The notes under the pieces: model-generated | What the model saw: only the letters and a program-made list of their open reading frames with translations | Told to the model about the DNA's origin: nothing | Database searches by the model: none | Program-made: the position numbers and the translations under genes | Shown: in pieces, positions 1 to 10,090 of the stretch | Position numbering within the stretch: the first letter of the stretch is position 1 | Layout: every line of letters begins with the position of its first letter | Origin: a virus | DNA length: 64,000 bases | Virus record (IMG/VR): IMGVR_UViG_3300025030_000004 | Coordinates: 32,001-96,000 of that record | Direction: 5' to 3' (one strand)

Positions 1-2
1 AT

Positions 3-200
3 CATCCAGAACACTTTCCAAATGGTATTAAAGATATGGACTTGATTGATTTAATCGAAATGATTTGTGATTGGAAAGCATCTACTATGAGACACAATGA
101 TGGAAATATCCTTACTAGTATTGATAAAAATCAAGACCGTTTTGGATATTCAAGTGATATGGCTGTTATTTTTAAGAATACTGTTAAATTGTTTGAATAA
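3..200 (+). CDS. 3' part of a DUF5662-like phage protein (truncated by window edge)
   Basis: Read manually: HPEHFPNGIKDMDLIDLIEMICDWKASTMRHNDGNI...KLFE*. Confidence 0.65.
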   Translation, partial: HPEHFPNGIKDMDLIDLIEMICDWKASTMRHNDGNILTSIDKNQDRFGYSSDMAVIFKNTVKLFE

Positions 201-317
201 AGAAAACCACCTCCCTCATACTCAGTTATGCTTTAATATGCTTCCATTTACTACCCAATATGATTTGTAAAATACACATAAAACCACTGTTTTAAGCTGT
301 TAGAAAGGAGAATTACT

Positions 318-479
318 TTGAAAAATTGTGTGGTAAGAACTTATGGCGTAGGGTATACAAATCCTACTACAAATTTAAGTGCTAAATTAAACGATGGATG
401 GATAGTAAAGAGTTGTACTCCTATTTTTGCATCAAATGGTAAGACTGAATATATTGAATATATCTTAGAGAAAGAATGA
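318..479 (+). CDS. small hypothetical protein (53 aa, not in ORF track)
   Basis: AGAAAGGAG RBS, TTG start, MKNCVVRTYG...YILEKE*. Confidence 0.7.
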   Translation: MKNCVVRTYGVGYTNPTTNLSAKLNDGWIVKSCTPIFASNGKTEYIEYILEKE

Positions 480-507
480 AAATGCTAATTGAAGGGAGGA
501 CTTAGAT

Positions 508-732
508 TTGCCTAGAGAACCAGTATTCACAGGAACAGTTAGTAAATTACCTAAACCAAAAGGTAATCGTCCTAGTGACAGAACATGTGAAAAATGCAAA
601 AACTCAACTTTGATAGTAGAAGGAAAAGATACAGTAATACCTCATCAGTTGTTAACTTGTAGATTTGGTTCTAATATATTTACAGAGTGTCAAACTGCAT
701 GTACGAATGATTATTTTGAATCAAGAAGATAA
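508..732 (+). CDS. hypothetical Cys-rich protein
   Basis: GGGAGG RBS, CxxC pairs. Confidence 0.65.
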   Translation: MPREPVFTGTVSKLPKPKGNRPSDRTCEKCKNSTLIVEGKDTVIPHQLLTCRFGSNIFTECQTACTNDYFESRR

Positions 733-755
733 AACAATTTTTATAGGAGGAGAAT

Positions 756-1199
756 ATGAACAAAATAAAACAGTGGATAAAGAATAAATTAATTGCGTTT
801 TTAGGGATAGATGAAATAGTTAATCTTTTAGATAAGCATATTGATAATAATGATAACTCCTTTAAAGACCTAAGAAGTCTAGCATATAGCTTAAATAATA
901 ATACTAGAAACGAATTAAAACGAGATGTATCTCATTGTCAAGATTCAGTAAATGTTTTACATAATACGATTGAAAATGTTGTGCATATTGGTACTGATGT
1001 CCGATATCACAATGAAAGAACTCATAGTTGGGCGGTAATATGTATCGAAGGTAATATAAATATTGTTAAGTTTGTTGATTTAGGAAATCAAGACGCAAGA
1101 AGTATATTAGAATATCTAAAACATTTTGAGGCAGGAAGACATTGTATAGACACTCCATATAAACAAATGTTTTATGATGATGGATTGTTTAAATTTTGA
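756..1199 (+). CDS. hypothetical protein
   Basis: AGGAGG RBS, 147 aa. Confidence 0.75.
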   Translation: MNKIKQWIKNKLIAFLGIDEIVNLLDKHIDNNDNSFKDLRSLAYSLNNNTRNELKRDVSHCQDSVNVLHNTIENVVHIGTDVRYHNERTHSWAVICIEGNINIVKFVDLGNQDARSILEYLKHFEAGRHCIDTPYKQMFYDDGLFKF

Positions 1200-1250
1200 T
1201 CCCCATAAAACCCAAATTTTATGGTAACTAAATAGAAAGGAGATTAAATT

Positions 1251-1490
1251 ATGAATAATCAAACAGAGAATTATGTTATATTAAAACCAATTGCCGAAAG
1301 ATTTAATTTGGTTGCAAAGGAAATTACAGACAATGATATTAAATACATAATTAAAGAAGCAATGAAGGAACAAATCAAAGGAATTTTTGATTTCAATAAA
1401 CTCAATGAAATGACAGAAGAATTTATTGATAAAAACGAAGATAAAATTAAATGTGCGATTGCCGATTGTATCTTTAATAAATTAAAGTAA
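1251..1490 (+). CDS. hypothetical protein
   Basis: AAAGGAG RBS. Confidence 0.7.
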   Translation: MNNQTENYVILKPIAERFNLVAKEITDNDIKYIIKEAMKEQIKGIFDFNKLNEMTEEFIDKNEDKIKCAIADCIFNKLK

Positions 1491-1535
1491 TTAAAATTAA
1501 GATTTTACGTGGAATTTGAAAGGAGATTAAATAAA

Positions 1536-2009
1536 ATGAAAAAATTAGAATTTGGTTACAAATGTAAAGATATCGTCACAGGTTTTGAAGGTATTTTGAA
1601 AAGTAGAGGTATGTTTATTACAGGTTGCGATAGGGTTGAACTAGTTAAAGACAGTGAAGAAAAGTGGTTTGATGCTCCAGTAGTTAAAATCTTAGATGAT
1701 GGAGTATATAATGACTTATTAGAAGCAGGATGTAATAAATTTGATGATCTTAATGAGTCGTTATATGATTATGGTGTATTAGCAAGAGATAAAATCACTG
1801 GATATGAAGGCAAAATTATTGCCAAATCAATTAGTATTACAGGAGATATTTCGTATGGATTATCCCCAAAGTTTGCAAAAGAAAGTAAAAATAATGATGC
1901 TACTTGGTTTGATGAAAGTAGGCTTGAAGTTGTAGATGATAAGAAAGATGAAATTAAAACGAATGAGAGAAGGACTGGTGGAGCAGTACCTAATTTGAGG
2001 TGTAGATAG
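1536..2009 (+). CDS. hypothetical protein made of two tandem copies of a small phage domain
   Basis: AAGGAG RBS before ATG 1536; KDIVTGFEG...WFD and RDKITGYEG...WFDE repeats. Confidence 0.75.
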   Translation: MKKLEFGYKCKDIVTGFEGILKSRGMFITGCDRVELVKDSEEKWFDAPVVKILDDGVYNDLLEAGCNKFDDLNESLYDYGVLARDKITGYEGKIIAKSISITGDISYGLSPKFAKESKNNDATWFDESRLEVVDDKKDEIKTNERRTGGAVPNLRCR

Positions 2010-2046
2010 AATGAATTGAATTGTCCGTTTTATGTTATAGAAAGGA

Positions 2047-2256
2047 GTGAAACAAATGAAAGAATCAATAGTTCTATCTGATGGTAAATATACCGTAATT
2101 CTAGATAGTGGAAATTCAAAATTCTTATTTTATGCATTGCGGTATAATGAACCATGGGAAGCAGGAACACATTTAGATAATTTACATTTAGCTATGTTTC
2201 AGAGAATTAGAGATTTAGAAGATAGAGTAATATCTCTAGTAAGCGAAATACAATAA
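2047..2256 (+). CDS. hypothetical protein
   Basis: AAAGGAG RBS. Confidence 0.7.
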   Translation: MKQMKESIVLSDGKYTVILDSGNSKFLFYALRYNEPWEAGTHLDNLHLAMFQRIRDLEDRVISLVSEIQ

Positions 2257-2290
2257 ACCATTCATTCTATACTATGAAAGGAGTTTTTAT

Positions 2291-2488
2291 ATGAAAGAAT
2301 TATTAAAAAATCAATTTCCTAAACTAGTATATGGGTTAGTTACTATAGTTGTACTCGCTTTATTTTTCGGATTAATGTTGGGAACTGTTGCCCTAGTAAT
2401 GCTCACTCATGGAACAACTAAAATTATTGTAATCGTTGTTGTAATTTTGATCCTTGCTTTGATGATCGGAAATGATAAATTAAAATAA
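2291..2488 (+). CDS. small two-TM membrane protein
   Basis: two hydrophobic stretches, AAGGAG RBS. Confidence 0.7.
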   Translation: MKELLKNQFPKLVYGLVTIVVLALFFGLMLGTVALVMLTHGTTKIIVIVVVILILALMIGNDKLK

Positions 2489-2527
2489 CCCAACCAAAAG
2501 ATACTTTTAAAGGGTAAGGAGGGCGAG

Positions 2528-2731
2528 ATGGATAAAGATTTGTTGTGGGAATATATAGATACAGGTTTATCTCCATCCGAGATAAAAAGAATGTATGAGA
2601 GTTTAGGTGTGACAGTTGACCTGATTTCAAGATTAATAATTGGGGATTATACAAGTATTAATTTGGCTGTTGAAGATGCGATATCTTTCTTGGATACCTA
2701 TGCTAGTCTTAGAATAAAAGAAATGAACTAA
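2528..2731 (+). CDS. hypothetical protein
   Basis: AAGGAGG RBS. Confidence 0.65.
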   Translation: MDKDLLWEYIDTGLSPSEIKRMYESLGVTVDLISRLIIGDYTSINLAVEDAISFLDTYASLRIKEMN

Positions 2732-2745
2732 CTGAAAATAATTAA

Positions 2746-2775
2746 TTGACATAGATATATAGGGTATGGTATAAT
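2746..2775 (+). promoter_or_regulatory. sigmaA-type promoter
   Basis: TTGACA-N18-TATAAT with TG extension. Confidence 0.75.
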
Positions 2776-2821
2776 TATTATCTAGGCAATAAACAATGAA
2801 AGGGTGAATCGAGGTGATTAG

Positions 2822-3385
2822 TTGAATTATAATAGACCACGCAATGAGACAGAAACACATTTCTTACTTAAGGAAATAAGTAAATACATACTTTTTGGTT
2901 GGGGTTACAAAATGATTGGTACGGAAGTTCATGGCATGTGGGACTTAGATATTGGTAAAAAACGCAAAGAAATTATTGACTGTGTAGGACTTAAGAAGGT
3001 ATCAGATGGTAGAGGAAAATACCATTATGATATAAAAGGAATTGAAGCAAAGGCAAGTTTAAGTGACTTTAATAATGGATTTTGTTGTGCTCCTGCTATG
3101 AGTTATGTCATAAGTACAGTAAATACTATTCCTATTAATTTGTTGCCTTCATCTATTGGTTTTATTGAAGTGGATCTTAATATTTTTGAGTTAAAGAAAT
3201 ACTCGCAAAGGATTCCTGATATGAAGGGTGTAACTTTAGTTAAGAAAGCTAAGAGAAAGATTGATTCGAGATTCAAATCAGAAGAAGCATATAGAAAATG
3301 GTGTGAACAATGTTTGGAAAGAGTGGCATATAGAAGTAGTAGTGAGCTGTTATTTTGGAGGAATTATATTGAGCTTATTGAATAG
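2822..3385 (+). CDS. PD-(D/E)XK-fold (MmcB-like) nuclease domain protein
   Basis: E...IDCVG...IEAKASLSDF motif. Confidence 0.6.
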   Translation: MNYNRPRNETETHFLLKEISKYILFGWGYKMIGTEVHGMWDLDIGKKRKEIIDCVGLKKVSDGRGKYHYDIKGIEAKASLSDFNNGFCCAPAMSYVISTVNTIPINLLPSSIGFIEVDLNIFELKKYSQRIPDMKGVTLVKKAKRKIDSRFKSEEAYRKWCEQCLERVAYRSSSELLFWRNYIELIE

Positions 3386-3414
3386 AAAATAATAATAAAT
3401 TAAGGAAGTGAAAT

Positions 3415-3774
3415 ATGAAAATAAGAATTATTAAAAATAACCCTCCAAAAAATTGCTCGAACGCTAGTGATATTAGTGAATATATTGGTCAAGTATTAGA
3501 AGCTTATGTGGATGAAAATGGAGATGTAGTTATTTCAGAAAAGTGTGGAATTATTGGAGGAATTATATTCACCGGAGAATATGAAATAATAGATGGCGTG
3601 ATGGAAAATATTGAATCCACATCACGTAAAATGATTAATGAATATAAAAGTAATCCTAAAATGGCAATTGAACAATTAGAATTCTGTGGGTATGAGTGTG
3701 AGGGTGGAGTGCTGATTAATAATGTAGCCTTTATTGCATTAAAAGAATTAATTATGGAAGGAGATGAGATTTGA
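3415..3774 (+). CDS. hypothetical protein
   Basis: ORF with RBS in co-oriented run. Confidence 0.65.
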   Translation: MKIRIIKNNPPKNCSNASDISEYIGQVLEAYVDENGDVVISEKCGIIGGIIFTGEYEIIDGVMENIESTSRKMINEYKSNPKMAIEQLEFCGYECEGGVLINNVAFIALKELIMEGDEI

Positions 3775-3955
3775 CACAATGCAGAAAATTAGATTCCTTA
3801 AAAACTTTGGATATTGGAGTAAAGATACTTATCGAGTAATTTTAGGAGAAGATGAGGAATATTATCATGTTCATGTTGATTTAAAGAGTTTAGAGACGGT
3901 CAAATTTCATAAGAGTGAGAATGGGAAATTGTTTGTTGTAGTAGAGAGGAGTTAG
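3764..3955 (+). CDS. hypothetical protein
   Basis: overlaps previous stop, RBS. Confidence 0.6.
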   Translation: MRFDTMQKIRFLKNFGYWSKDTYRVILGEDEEYYHVHVDLKSLETVKFHKSENGKLFVVVERS

Positions 3956-4061
3956 GTTGATAATATTTTTTGGAATTTAATATTAGAAAGGGGTGAGATA
4001 TTGTTTAAAATGTGTGAATTAGTTAGTAAGGTTAGTGTTAGTTGGAGGGGTGGTGGAAATA

Positions 4062-4268
4062 ATGGCTAAAGAAATTAAAGTTAAAGAAGATTCAAGTAAA
4101 ACTTGGATTATGACTTTAGGCGTAGTTTTTGAAAGCGAAGAGACAAAGGAATCAGCAATGCGAGACTTTCAATCAACTATGGATGACTATGTAGATAATT
4201 GCAGAATGATAGAAGTTATCAGTTGTAAACAAGCTAATCTTAGTTTTAAATTAGTTGAAGGCGAATAA
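4062..4268 (+). CDS. hypothetical protein
   Basis: G-rich RBS before ATG 4062. Confidence 0.6.
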   Translation: MAKEIKVKEDSSKTWIMTLGVVFESEETKESAMRDFQSTMDDYVDNCRMIEVISCKQANLSFKLVEGE

Positions 4269-4505
4269 TACTTTAAATGGAAAATTTCATTTGGTTTAGT
4301 TTGATTTGACCTTTGGGATGGTTGGGAATATACTTGGGTTACTAAATGAATCATAAATAATAAATGGGAAGGATTGATTGCTTGAAAAATTCAGGTAATT
4401 GCTGGCGACCAATAAAATTTAATAAATCACCACCTACTTCAATATATTGTTAAAAGACTATTAAAAAATAAATAAAAAATATATTGAAAGAAGGAATACA
4501 TAATA

Positions 4506-5690
4506 ATGGCGAAGAAAGAAGATAAAAAACAACTGAAAAAAGGTCAATCATTATTTCAATTAATCGGAGAAGCTAAAATTACTGACTTTACATTCAAAAT
4601 GGATGAAACCACTAAGAAATCTGATTGGGTTTGGAATCAGTTAAATCTTGGAGTGGATTGCGGTAGTGGGAATGTGGTATATGCCGATTTAATGGGTGGT
4701 TACGGTTCTGAAAGAGATAATGTTCTTTATGTACATGGCAAAAAAGAAAATGATAATAATAAATTAGTAGATGATTTTTCAAATCAATTTAAAATTGCTT
4801 GGGAAGATAGATTCGACGAAGATATTCTTGAAACTATTGGTGATCAATGCTTTATTACTATCGGGTTAGAAAAAGATAATAAAGGTAAAACACTCCCAAA
4901 AAGATTTTTATCAGCTTATGATGCTATTGAATATGTTCAAGAACATCTGAAAAATGAAATGGTCATTAATGTTAAAGGTGGTTTTAAATACACTACATAT
5001 AACGATTCTGTTCAGGTAAAAAAAGAGATTACAAGTATCTTTTTGTCAAAGGTAGATGATTCTTCTAAATATAAAGCTACATTTACTCAGTCAATTCTTC
5101 TTGATAAAGATAGTGTTGGTAAGTTGGATAAAGAAAAAGCAATTTATCCTATTTATGCAAGAGTTGTGGATTATATAAAAGAATACAATGGGAAAGAAGT
5201 AAAACAAAATATTACATTTAGAAAAACCTTTGAACTTGAAGTGGATAAAGTAAAACCAGAAAATACTAAAAAGTTTATTGATAAAGTATTAAAGGTCAAA
5301 AAAGATATCACTGAAGTAACCATTGAAGGTGATATTGTAGAGGGCCAATCTTTGATAAATATTACAGAGGCAGATATCCCAGATGATATTATGGAACTTA
5401 TTGAAATGGGAGCTTATACTATGGAAGAAGCTGTAAATAAGCTTGCTGTAGGGGGAAGCAAAGAAAAGAAAATGGTAATTCGTAAACCATCTATTAAAAT
5501 GGTTGGAGATGAAGATAATAAAAAACCTATAATTCTTAAAACAGATGGTCAGTATAAAGACGAAGATTTGATTTTTGATTTTATGATTGAAGAAGATACA
5601 CCTGAAGAGGATCAAAAAAATAGTGAAGAGAATACAGACGATGAAGAAGATACATCATGGATGGATGCATTAGACGAAGATACAGAGTAA
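4506..5690 (+). CDS. putative ssDNA-binding/replication protein heading the replication module
   Basis: beta-rich body, long acidic C-terminal tail, position upstream of ATPase/helicase/primase as in SPbeta-like phages. Confidence 0.55.
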   Translation: MAKKEDKKQLKKGQSLFQLIGEAKITDFTFKMDETTKKSDWVWNQLNLGVDCGSGNVVYADLMGGYGSERDNVLYVHGKKENDNNKLVDDFSNQFKIAWEDRFDEDILETIGDQCFITIGLEKDNKGKTLPKRFLSAYDAIEYVQEHLKNEMVINVKGGFKYTTYNDSVQVKKEITSIFLSKVDDSSKYKATFTQSILLDKDSVGKLDKEKAIYPIYARVVDYIKEYNGKEVKQNITFRKTFELEVDKVKPENTKKFIDKVLKVKKDITEVTIEGDIVEGQSLINITEADIPDDIMELIEMGAYTMEEAVNKLAVGGSKEKKMVIRKPSIKMVGDEDNKKPIILKTDGQYKDEDLIFDFMIEEDTPEEDQKNSEENTDDEEDTSWMDALDEDTE

Positions 5691-5697
5691 ATTTAAA

Positions 5698-5732
5698 TAT
5701 TTCGGAGAGGGTACTCGCCTTCTCCGAAAATA
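5698..5732 (+). terminator. stem-loop (terminator or processing site)
   Basis: TATTTCGGAGAGG...CCTTCTCCGAAAATA. Confidence 0.5.
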
Positions 5733-5756
5733 CAATACCATATAAATAATTGGAAG

Positions 5757-6905
5757 GTGGAATTTGGTTTGGCAGGGAGAAAATTTGGTAAAAAGAATAT
5801 AATTAAAGTTGATCCATTGGCCTATAATTTAGGACTAATTGGAGAAAGTGGTATTGGTAAAACTACTCTTGCAAAAGAGGTATGTGAACAACTTGTTGGT
5901 GAAGATGGATACATGATTTTTAACATAGGTAAAGAAGATGGTATTGACGCTATCGCAGGAGCTATATATGAGGATATTCCAGATTGGGAAGCTTTTGAAG
6001 AAGTTACTGATGATATTTTAGAGAATAAACTTTCAGATTATAAAGATTTAAAAGTTATTATTTATGATACATTAGATGAATTATTTGATATTGCTGAACT
6101 AGAGGTAATTCGATTACATAATAAAGAAAATCCTGAAAAACCAGTACAGTCAATTAAGGCAGCCTTTGGTGGGTATATGGCAGGAGAAGATAAGACTGCT
6201 GAGATAATCCTAACAAGAATGTGGGAACTTAAAAAAATTGGAGTAAGTATGTTTATCATTGGTCATACAAAAAAGAGAACAATGACAGACGTTGCTACTG
6301 GAATAGAGTATGATATGTTGACCACAAATATGTCACATAGATACTTTAATGCATTAAAGACAAAATTACACGTATTAGGTGTGGCATCTATCAATCGAGA
6401 GATCACACAAACTAAAACAGGAAGAAAGGTTGGTAAAGGTAAAGACAGAAAAGATGAAATTAAAGGATCAATTGAAAATGAAACAAGGATAATTACATTT
6501 AGAGATGATAATTTCAATATAGATTCAAAATCAAGATTTTCTGAAATTACTGATACAATAGTTCTAAGTCCTGATGAATTTATTAAAGCCGTAGAAGAAG
6601 CAATCAAAATTGAACATGATAAACAAGAAGGAAATAAATCTATTGAAGACACTAAAGCTGAACAGGCAGTAGAAAAAGAAAAGATTAATGAGAAAAATGC
6701 AAACGATAAAAAAGTAGAACTTAAAGCAAAAGAAGTAGAACAACTTGTAGCAATGATCACCAGTTTTGTGAAAGCTAACAAAACAAGTCCTGAGAAACTA
6801 AAACCGTTACTAACTGAGAGTAAAAGAATGGGATACGTTAATCCAACAAAAGTTGATAATTTAAAAGATGCAAATATATTGTTCGATTTAATTGATGGTA
6901 AATAA
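5757..6905 (+). CDS. AAA_24/Sak4-like P-loop ATPase
   Basis: Walker A GESGIGKTT, Walker B IIYDTLDE. Confidence 0.8.
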   Translation: MEFGLAGRKFGKKNIIKVDPLAYNLGLIGESGIGKTTLAKEVCEQLVGEDGYMIFNIGKEDGIDAIAGAIYEDIPDWEAFEEVTDDILENKLSDYKDLKVIIYDTLDELFDIAELEVIRLHNKENPEKPVQSIKAAFGGYMAGEDKTAEIILTRMWELKKIGVSMFIIGHTKKRTMTDVATGIEYDMLTTNMSHRYFNALKTKLHVLGVASINREITQTKTGRKVGKGKDRKDEIKGSIENETRIITFRDDNFNIDSKSRFSEITDTIVLSPDEFIKAVEEAIKIEHDKQEGNKSIEDTKAEQAVEKEKINEKNANDKKVELKAKEVEQLVAMITSFVKANKTSPEKLKPLLTESKRMGYVNPTKVDNLKDANILFDLIDGK

Positions 6906-7009
6906 ATAATAAATATGGGAGGGAATTAAGTTTTCCTCCCTAAGTTTTCAGATAGAGGTGATAGTGTGAGTCGAGTTGCATAAATATGTGAAAGAGGGAT
7001 AGTGGTTAT

Positions 7010-7474
7010 ATGACAGATTCAATAGATAAAAAACAAGAAAATAAAGACTGGTTAGAACTATGTAAATATGTTCATCATGAAATTTTACAATACGATTCGA
7101 ATCTAAAATTCCCAAGATATTTAGCACTGAGGTTAAGAGGATTACATAGTGGACAGTTTATGGCAAACAAAAAACAACAACCTTGTGCAAATTATGATTA
7201 TAAAATAATATTATTCACCTTTAAAATATGTAGACCTAATATATTGCAATGTTTCATGACTAATAAAACTAAATTTGTAGATGAAAAACATAGAATAAAT
7301 ACTATGATGGTTATTATTGAAAACAATATTAATGATATGGTAATACGATTAAAAAACGCCGAAACCGCAAAAGTAAAAGCAGAGAATGTAGATATGGAAA
7401 ACATTTACCATGAAGGAGCAGAGTATCAACCTAAAACGAAAAAACCGAATGGCACACTAGAAGACTTATGGTAA
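7010..7474 (+). CDS. replication-module protein (possible helicase loader)
   Basis: position directly before helicase; acidic C-terminus. Confidence 0.5.
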   Translation: MTDSIDKKQENKDWLELCKYVHHEILQYDSNLKFPRYLALRLRGLHSGQFMANKKQQPCANYDYKIILFTFKICRPNILQCFMTNKTKFVDEKHRINTMMVIIENNINDMVIRLKNAETAKVKAENVDMENIYHEGAEYQPKTKKPNGTLEDLW

Positions 7475-7482
7475 AGAGGTAG

Positions 7483-9003
7483 GTGACAACTATTACTCAA
7501 ACTAGCAAAAGTACAACAACTAAGTTGACACCATTTGAGGAGGAATTAGCTAAAACAAGTAAAAAAATTAGAGAATACAAGAAGGCTTGTGAAGCTAATA
7601 TAGTTTCGATCTTATGGAAACAACCTGATTTATATTATACATATGATAATTTAAAATTAGCAAATTTTACAGAGAATGTTTGGAAGGTCTATTACCAAAT
7701 AGGATTAGATATAGTAATAAAAGAAAAAAAACAAGTTCTTGACGATATAACTGTAGGACTATACCTAGAAAAACACTTAAAGTTAAAAGAGCAATACGAA
7801 AAATACAAAGGTTATGAAACAATTGAAAATGCAAGAGCATATGTTAAGACTGAAAATATGGATGGATATATTAATGAACTCCATAAATGGAACGCAGTCT
7901 TAGACCTATTAAAAAGAAAATTTCCTATTTTCGATAGAATTAGTGATTTTGTAGATATGACATCTGAACAAATATATGATGAATTTGAAGCAGTATTAAA
8001 CCACGTTTTTGTTAATGTCGAAGGCGATGATATTACGCATGACATTTCTGATGGGTTGGATGAATTAATTGAAGAATTAGATCAAGGGATGGCAGTAGGT
8101 TTACCATTACATAATACACCAACTTTAAATAAAGAAGTTGGTGGAAATCTTGAAGGTAATATTACTTTGGTTGGTGGGCTTAGTGGCGTGGGAAAAACTG
8201 CCCTTAGTAGGATTTTAATTCTTCCAAGTATATTAGAACACAAAGAAAAAATAGTCATTATGATAAATGAAGAAGGTAAGAAAAAGTGGCAACGCGAGTT
8301 TCTTGTTTGGGTTGCCAATAACATCTTTAAAGAAGATTTACAAAAGTATATTGTCCGAGATGGGAAGTACAAACCAGAAATTAAAGCATTGTTAAAAAAA
8401 TGTTCTGAATGGGTAAAGCAATATAAAAACACAATTATATTAAAACCATTCACTCAATACACTACAGCAAAAGCCATTAAGACAATAAAAAAGTATGCTA
8501 GTATGGGTGTAAAATACTTTATGCTAGATACATACAAAGCAGATTCCAAAGCATCAAGTAGTGAGTCTTTTTGGTTTAGTATGCAACAAAATATGGTTGA
8601 AATTAATGATGTAATTAAATCAGAAGCGAAAAATGTACATATTTGGATTACATTTCAATTAAGTAAAGGTAGTTCAAAACAAAGATATTATGATCAAGAT
8701 AATATCGGTATGGCAAAAAACATTGTAGACGTTGCATCAACCTGTCTTATGATTAGAAAAGTATTCGAAGATGAAATAGAAGGAGGTAAGCGTGAGTTAG
8801 ATGTTTACAGAAAAGAGAAAAGACAAGGGAATATTGAATCTCAAATTCCTGTGAAATTAAAGAAAGGTAAAAACTATCAGATTATATTTATCGTTAAGAA
8901 TCGTGAAGGTAGTACAAATGATTATCAAATAGTGGTGGAACATGATTTGTCAAGAAATACATATAAAGAGGTTGGTTATACAGTAGTTCCAGTAGATTTC
9001 TAA
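7483..9003 (+). CDS. DnaB-like replicative helicase
   Basis: Walker A GGLSGVGKT, FMLDTYK, TFQL, IVKNREG motifs. Confidence 0.85.
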   Translation: MTTITQTSKSTTTKLTPFEEELAKTSKKIREYKKACEANIVSILWKQPDLYYTYDNLKLANFTENVWKVYYQIGLDIVIKEKKQVLDDITVGLYLEKHLKLKEQYEKYKGYETIENARAYVKTENMDGYINELHKWNAVLDLLKRKFPIFDRISDFVDMTSEQIYDEFEAVLNHVFVNVEGDDITHDISDGLDELIEELDQGMAVGLPLHNTPTLNKEVGGNLEGNITLVGGLSGVGKTALSRILILPSILEHKEKIVIMINEEGKKKWQREFLVWVANNIFKEDLQKYIVRDGKYKPEIKALLKKCSEWVKQYKNTIILKPFTQYTTAKAIKTIKKYASMGVKYFMLDTYKADSKASSSESFWFSMQQNMVEINDVIKSEAKNVHIWITFQLSKGSSKQRYYDQDNIGMAKNIVDVASTCLMIRKVFEDEIEGGKRELDVYRKEKRQGNIESQIPVKLKKGKNYQIIFIVKNREGSTNDYQIVVEHDLSRNTYKEVGYTVVPVDF

Positions 9004-9016
9004 AGGGGATGGTGAT

Positions 9017-10090
9017 ATGACAGCAAATGAGTTAATTCAATATATTATTGATAATGATAAAATCGAAGAGATACTTGAAAGTTTAGAATGTCACCATCTC
9101 AAGGAATATGTTAAAGAATTTAGATGCGGATTGCCTTCACATTCAAGTAAGGATAATGTCTCTGTTAAGAAGGAGACTACAAAAATAAAAATCTTTCAAT
9201 CTGATAGTAATATTATTAGAGGAAATATATTTACCTTGTGCCAAACTATTAAAAACTATAGTTTCTCAGAAGCTAATAGATATATACATAATTTATTTGG
9301 ACTTGAATATAAGTTCAAATTTAACAAAAAGACTAATGCGGAATTCAAAGACCCATTAGAAATTTTTAAAAAAGTAAAAAAGAAAAGATATTCTTGTGAC
9401 ATAAGTTTGGATGTTATTAATGAAGATTGTTTGAGTGAATATATACCATACATCCACATTGAATGGGTAAGGGAAGGAATTATGCCTTGGACTTCTAAGG
9501 AATTTAACATTGGATACAGCGTAAACAGAAGAAGAATAGTAGTTCCTCATAGATATTGGAGTGGTAGCAGAAATGATTATGTAGGAGTAATCGGAAGAAC
9601 AGTCATAAAGGAATGGGAAATGCTAGACATACCCAAGTATTTCCCATTAAAAAACTTCCCTAAGACCATGAATTTATATGGTCTACAAGAGAACTACCGA
9701 ACCATACAAGAAGCAGGATATGTGGTAGTTTATGAGGCAGAGAAGAGTGTTTTAAAACGTCATAGTAGGAATGATGGCACTGGTGTTGCTGTGTGTTGTC
9801 ATGATATCTCAGAGGAGCAAGTAAAGATTCTTATTGGATTAAATGTAGATATAGTAATCTCTTTTGATAAGGGGATATCAATTGAACATATAAGAAGTAC
9901 ATGCGATCTATTTTATGGTACTAGGAATGTTTATTATATCCATGATAAATATGATTTACTAAAAGAAAAAGAATCTCCGGCAGACGCAACTAATCGAATA
10001 TATACTTATTTATTCAAATACAAAACTTTGTATGATGAAAAGGAAAGAAGGGAACATTTAAAGTGGCTAGAAAAACAGGAGAAGAGTTAG
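9017..10090 (+). CDS. DNA primase (TOPRIM)
   Basis: RIVVPHR, VIGRT, LYGL, YEAEKS, FDKG motifs; follows helicase. Confidence 0.8.
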   Translation: MTANELIQYIIDNDKIEEILESLECHHLKEYVKEFRCGLPSHSSKDNVSVKKETTKIKIFQSDSNIIRGNIFTLCQTIKNYSFSEANRYIHNLFGLEYKFKFNKKTNAEFKDPLEIFKKVKKKRYSCDISLDVINEDCLSEYIPYIHIEWVREGIMPWTSKEFNIGYSVNRRRIVVPHRYWSGSRNDYVGVIGRTVIKEWEMLDIPKYFPLKNFPKTMNLYGLQENYRTIQEAGYVVVYEAEKSVLKRHSRNDGTGVAVCCHDISEEQVKILIGLNVDIVISFDKGISIEHIRSTCDLFYGTRNVYYIHDKYDLLKEKESPADATNRIYTYLFKYKTLYDEKERREHLKWLEKQEKS